Of a stretch of DNA of 64,000 bases, positions 61,847 to 64,000 are shown piece after piece. Both the position numbers and the translations under genes were made by a program. Under the pieces are notes generated by a model. It did no database searches, was not told where the DNA came from, and worked only from the letters and a program-made list of their open reading frames with translations. The stretch comes from an uncultured Methanoregulaceae archaeon (GTDB taxonomy: Archaea; Halobacteriota; Methanomicrobia; Methanomicrobiales; Methanospirillaceae), in assembly GCA_963717525.1 (NCBI GenBank), contig OY970343.1, positions 1,120,001 to 1,184,000 on the forward strand. Reading direction: 5' to 3'. Positions within the stretch are counted from its first letter, which is position 1. Every line of letters begins with the position of its first letter.

Positions 61847-63843
61847 CGGCCAATTACCTCGCGGAACTTCTGGTAATCGCATTCGATCATCTCCTCCTGG
61901 ATCCACGCAGGCAGAGCCGAACGAACCCTCTTTTCGAGGAAACGCCGTTCGGCAAGTATCAGGACACCACGATCCTCCGGCGTACGCAGCACGCGCCCGA
62001 GGGCCTGGAGCGCCCGGTTAATCGCCGGGAGCGTATAACAGAGGAATTCACCCTCCTCCCCATACTTGTGCCGGAAATATTCGATGATCATCTTCCTGAC
62101 CCGGGTGAACGGTGCAAGCGGCAGGCCCACCACCATCGCCCCCGAGAGCATCTCCCCCCGGTAGTCGAGACCCTCGCTCCACTTCCCCCCGCAGACAGCA
62201 AACATGATCCCCGACTCACCCTGTGAGGGGAGCGCAAGGAACTCGTTGAGCGCGGCACCGGCACCTGCGGCATCCCGGGGCTCGATGTAGACTTTTCTCC
62301 GGCTGATGTGGGATGAGGCGAGCGCTGCATAGGATTCCAGGATCTGGTAACTCGGGAAGTAGATAGCGCGGTTTTTTTTGAGCGCCGCAAAAGCGGTAAT
62401 ATAGTGCACGATTTTATCCGTGTTCTCCTTGTTCTGCCGGAGGGAGTATGCGGTGGTGATGTCGGTCGCACAGCAGATGAGACGGTTCTCTTTGGGGAAC
62501 GAATTGGGCAGGGTAAGGGTTGCAACCTTTGCATCGTTAAAATAGAGCCGGCGGAAACTGTCGACCGGTGAGAGCGTCCCCGAGATCATGATACAGCAGG
62601 CATGGGTTGAACAGATCTCCGAAAGGGGAGCTGATGGATCGATATTTCTGACTTCAAGGACAATTCCCTCGTCGGTCCTTTTGTAGATGGTAAGATATGC
62701 CGGGTTATGGGAAGATTGTGTCAGCCGGTACATAAACGTGGTCAGGCGCTCGATCGCGGTCTCGCGAAACTCGCCGGCCTTCTGGTTCCTGTCCCGGATC
62801 GTCTCGGCAAGGCCCATGAGTTCATCGACAATGTCTCCCATATCCTTCCAGAGAGAACCCCGGACAATCGCCCGGTCGAATATCCCGGGATCGAACCAGT
62901 CTTCGGGTTCGGTCGAATTTGCCAGGCCCGCCATGAATTCCGTAAGCCGGGGAAGTACGTGCTGTACCGCCTCTGCCCCCTTGTGAAGTCGTTTCATTCC
63001 CGAGAGCTCGCGGGTCGCCTGTTCAAGATCCTTCTGGGCGAGCCCGGCGCTCTCGACGGACTGGATGACATCACCGCAGTTGTGGGCCTCGTCGATGAGG
63101 AGCATTACGTCCTGTTCCTCCACGTTAAGATTCGCGTAGAGCTGATCGCGGATCTCGCGGTCAAAGAGGTGGTGATAGTTCAGGATGATCACGTCTGCAT
63201 TCTTGGCGGCGTGCATCACCAGCTCGTACGGGCAGATGTCACCGGCAAATCCCCCAAGTTCCTGCGGGCGGATCGGGTCGGCAAGGACGCGGTCGGCTTT
63301 TGAACGCACTGCAGCAGATGGCACCATCTTGATGCCCCCGCTCTCTCCGGGAACAAACTGCCGGCTCGCGATAAAATAGGGGCAGATAAGCGGGTGTTCG
63401 CGGTCCATCCTGCGGATCTGCTGGACGATGAAGGGGTCTTTTATGGGAATGAGGGCGCCACGTTCGGCCCGCTCGCGCATAAGGGTAGATGAGAACGTCT
63501 TGACACCTTCACAGCGCCGGTAGACATCTCCTTCACCCCCGAGGGGGCAGATGCTTTTTTTCCCGACAAGGTAGACAGTCTTGAGTTCAGGCCGTTTCTT
63601 TTTTATGAGGGCAAGTTCCCGGACAAAGGTGGAGAGCTGGCTGACCGTGCGGACAGCGATCACGATCTTCCTGCCCCTGCGTTCTGATAACAACGAAGCG
63701 ACCACGCTCGATTTCCCGCTGCCGGTTGGCGCATCGATCATACCGATCCCGCCGTCGCGGGCGACCGTGGCCGCAAACTCAAGCATCTGTCGCTGGTTGG
63801 GGCGGTACTCGGTGTACGGGAAGAATGCATCGGGCGTGTCCAT
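61837..63843 (-). CDS. XPD/Rad3/DinG-family Fe-S helicase
   Basis: YRPNQ; APTGSGKS; Cys ligands incl. CPY; IDEAHN; SGTL; SEGLD; QALGRVLR. Confidence 0.92.
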   Translation of the reverse strand: MDTPDAFFPYTEYRPNQRQMLEFAATVARDGGIGMIDAPTGSGKSSVVASLLSERRGRKIVIAVRTVSQLSTFVRELALIKKKRPELKTVYLVGKKSICPLGGEGDVYRRCEGVKTFSSTLMRERAERGALIPIKDPFIVQQIRRMDREHPLICPYFIASRQFVPGESGGIKMVPSAAVRSKADRVLADPIRPQELGGFAGDICPYELVMHAAKNADVIILNYHHLFDREIRDQLYANLNVEEQDVMLLIDEAHNCGDVIQSVESAGLAQKDLEQATRELSGMKRLHKGAEAVQHVLPRLTEFMAGLANSTEPEDWFDPGIFDRAIVRGSLWKDMGDIVDELMGLAETIRDRNQKAGEFRETAIERLTTFMYRLTQSSHNPAYLTIYKRTDEGIVLEVRNIDPSAPLSEICSTHACCIMISGTLSPVDSFRRLYFNDAKVATLTLPNSFPKENRLICCATDITTAYSLRQNKENTDKIVHYITAFAALKKNRAIYFPSYQILESYAALASSHISRRKVYIEPRDAAGAGAALNEFLALPSQGESGIMFAVCGGKWSEGLDYRGEMLSGAMVVGLPLAPFTRVRKMIIEYFRHKYGEEGEFLCYTLPAINRALQALGRVLRTPEDRGVLILAERRFLEKRVRSALPAWIQEEMIECDYQKFREVIGRWK

Positions 63844-64000
63844 GCACCGTACCTGTTTGCGCGGGGAGGTATTATGGGCGTCGGAAATGTACGCGGCTGC
63901 GTTGAGATACAGGCTCAACTCTAATATTCCCGTACAACCCATCTGTTCTCATGGCAGTCCACCCCATCGAGTACCGGTATGGCACACCGGAAATGCGAGC

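Overview
Archaeal DNA, most likely a Methanomicrobiales methanogen (Methanoregula-like, inferred from gene content: form III RuBisCO, DUF1628 pilins, FmdE, S-layer-type repeats, PAS sensors). There are three zones. (1) 0.3-21 kb is an accessory region after a divergent thiC-like gene. It holds a TIR-STAND NTPase, an HTH-IrrE/PIN pair, a family of secreted S-layer-like/PKD proteins and small orphan genes. It is punctuated by about 13 short (~65-105 bp) palindromic elements whose ends match IS6-family terminal inverted repeats (GGTTCTGTT/GGCTCTGT/GGCACTGTTG). Several of these tightly bracket single genes like cassettes; this is the main candidate novel system. (2) 21-36 kb is a type IV pilus locus (6 pilins, a membrane-anchored assembly ATPase, a TadC-like platform) interrupted by a putative metal/cofactor module (SAM methyltransferase, DUF364, FmdE, two ECF-S-like membrane proteins, small peptide + radical SAM). 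(3) 36-64 kb is mostly core: recQ, uvrC, ferritin-like cargo + encapsulin, queC, dtxR-feoB with tandem operators, rbcL, uvrB, polB, mdh, pyrD/pyrK, PAS sensors, mobA, panE, ogt, xpd. About 17 frameshifts occur, about half beside GTAC, which suggests systematic sequencing error rather than real pseudogenes. All family calls are by eye from motifs; no searches were run.
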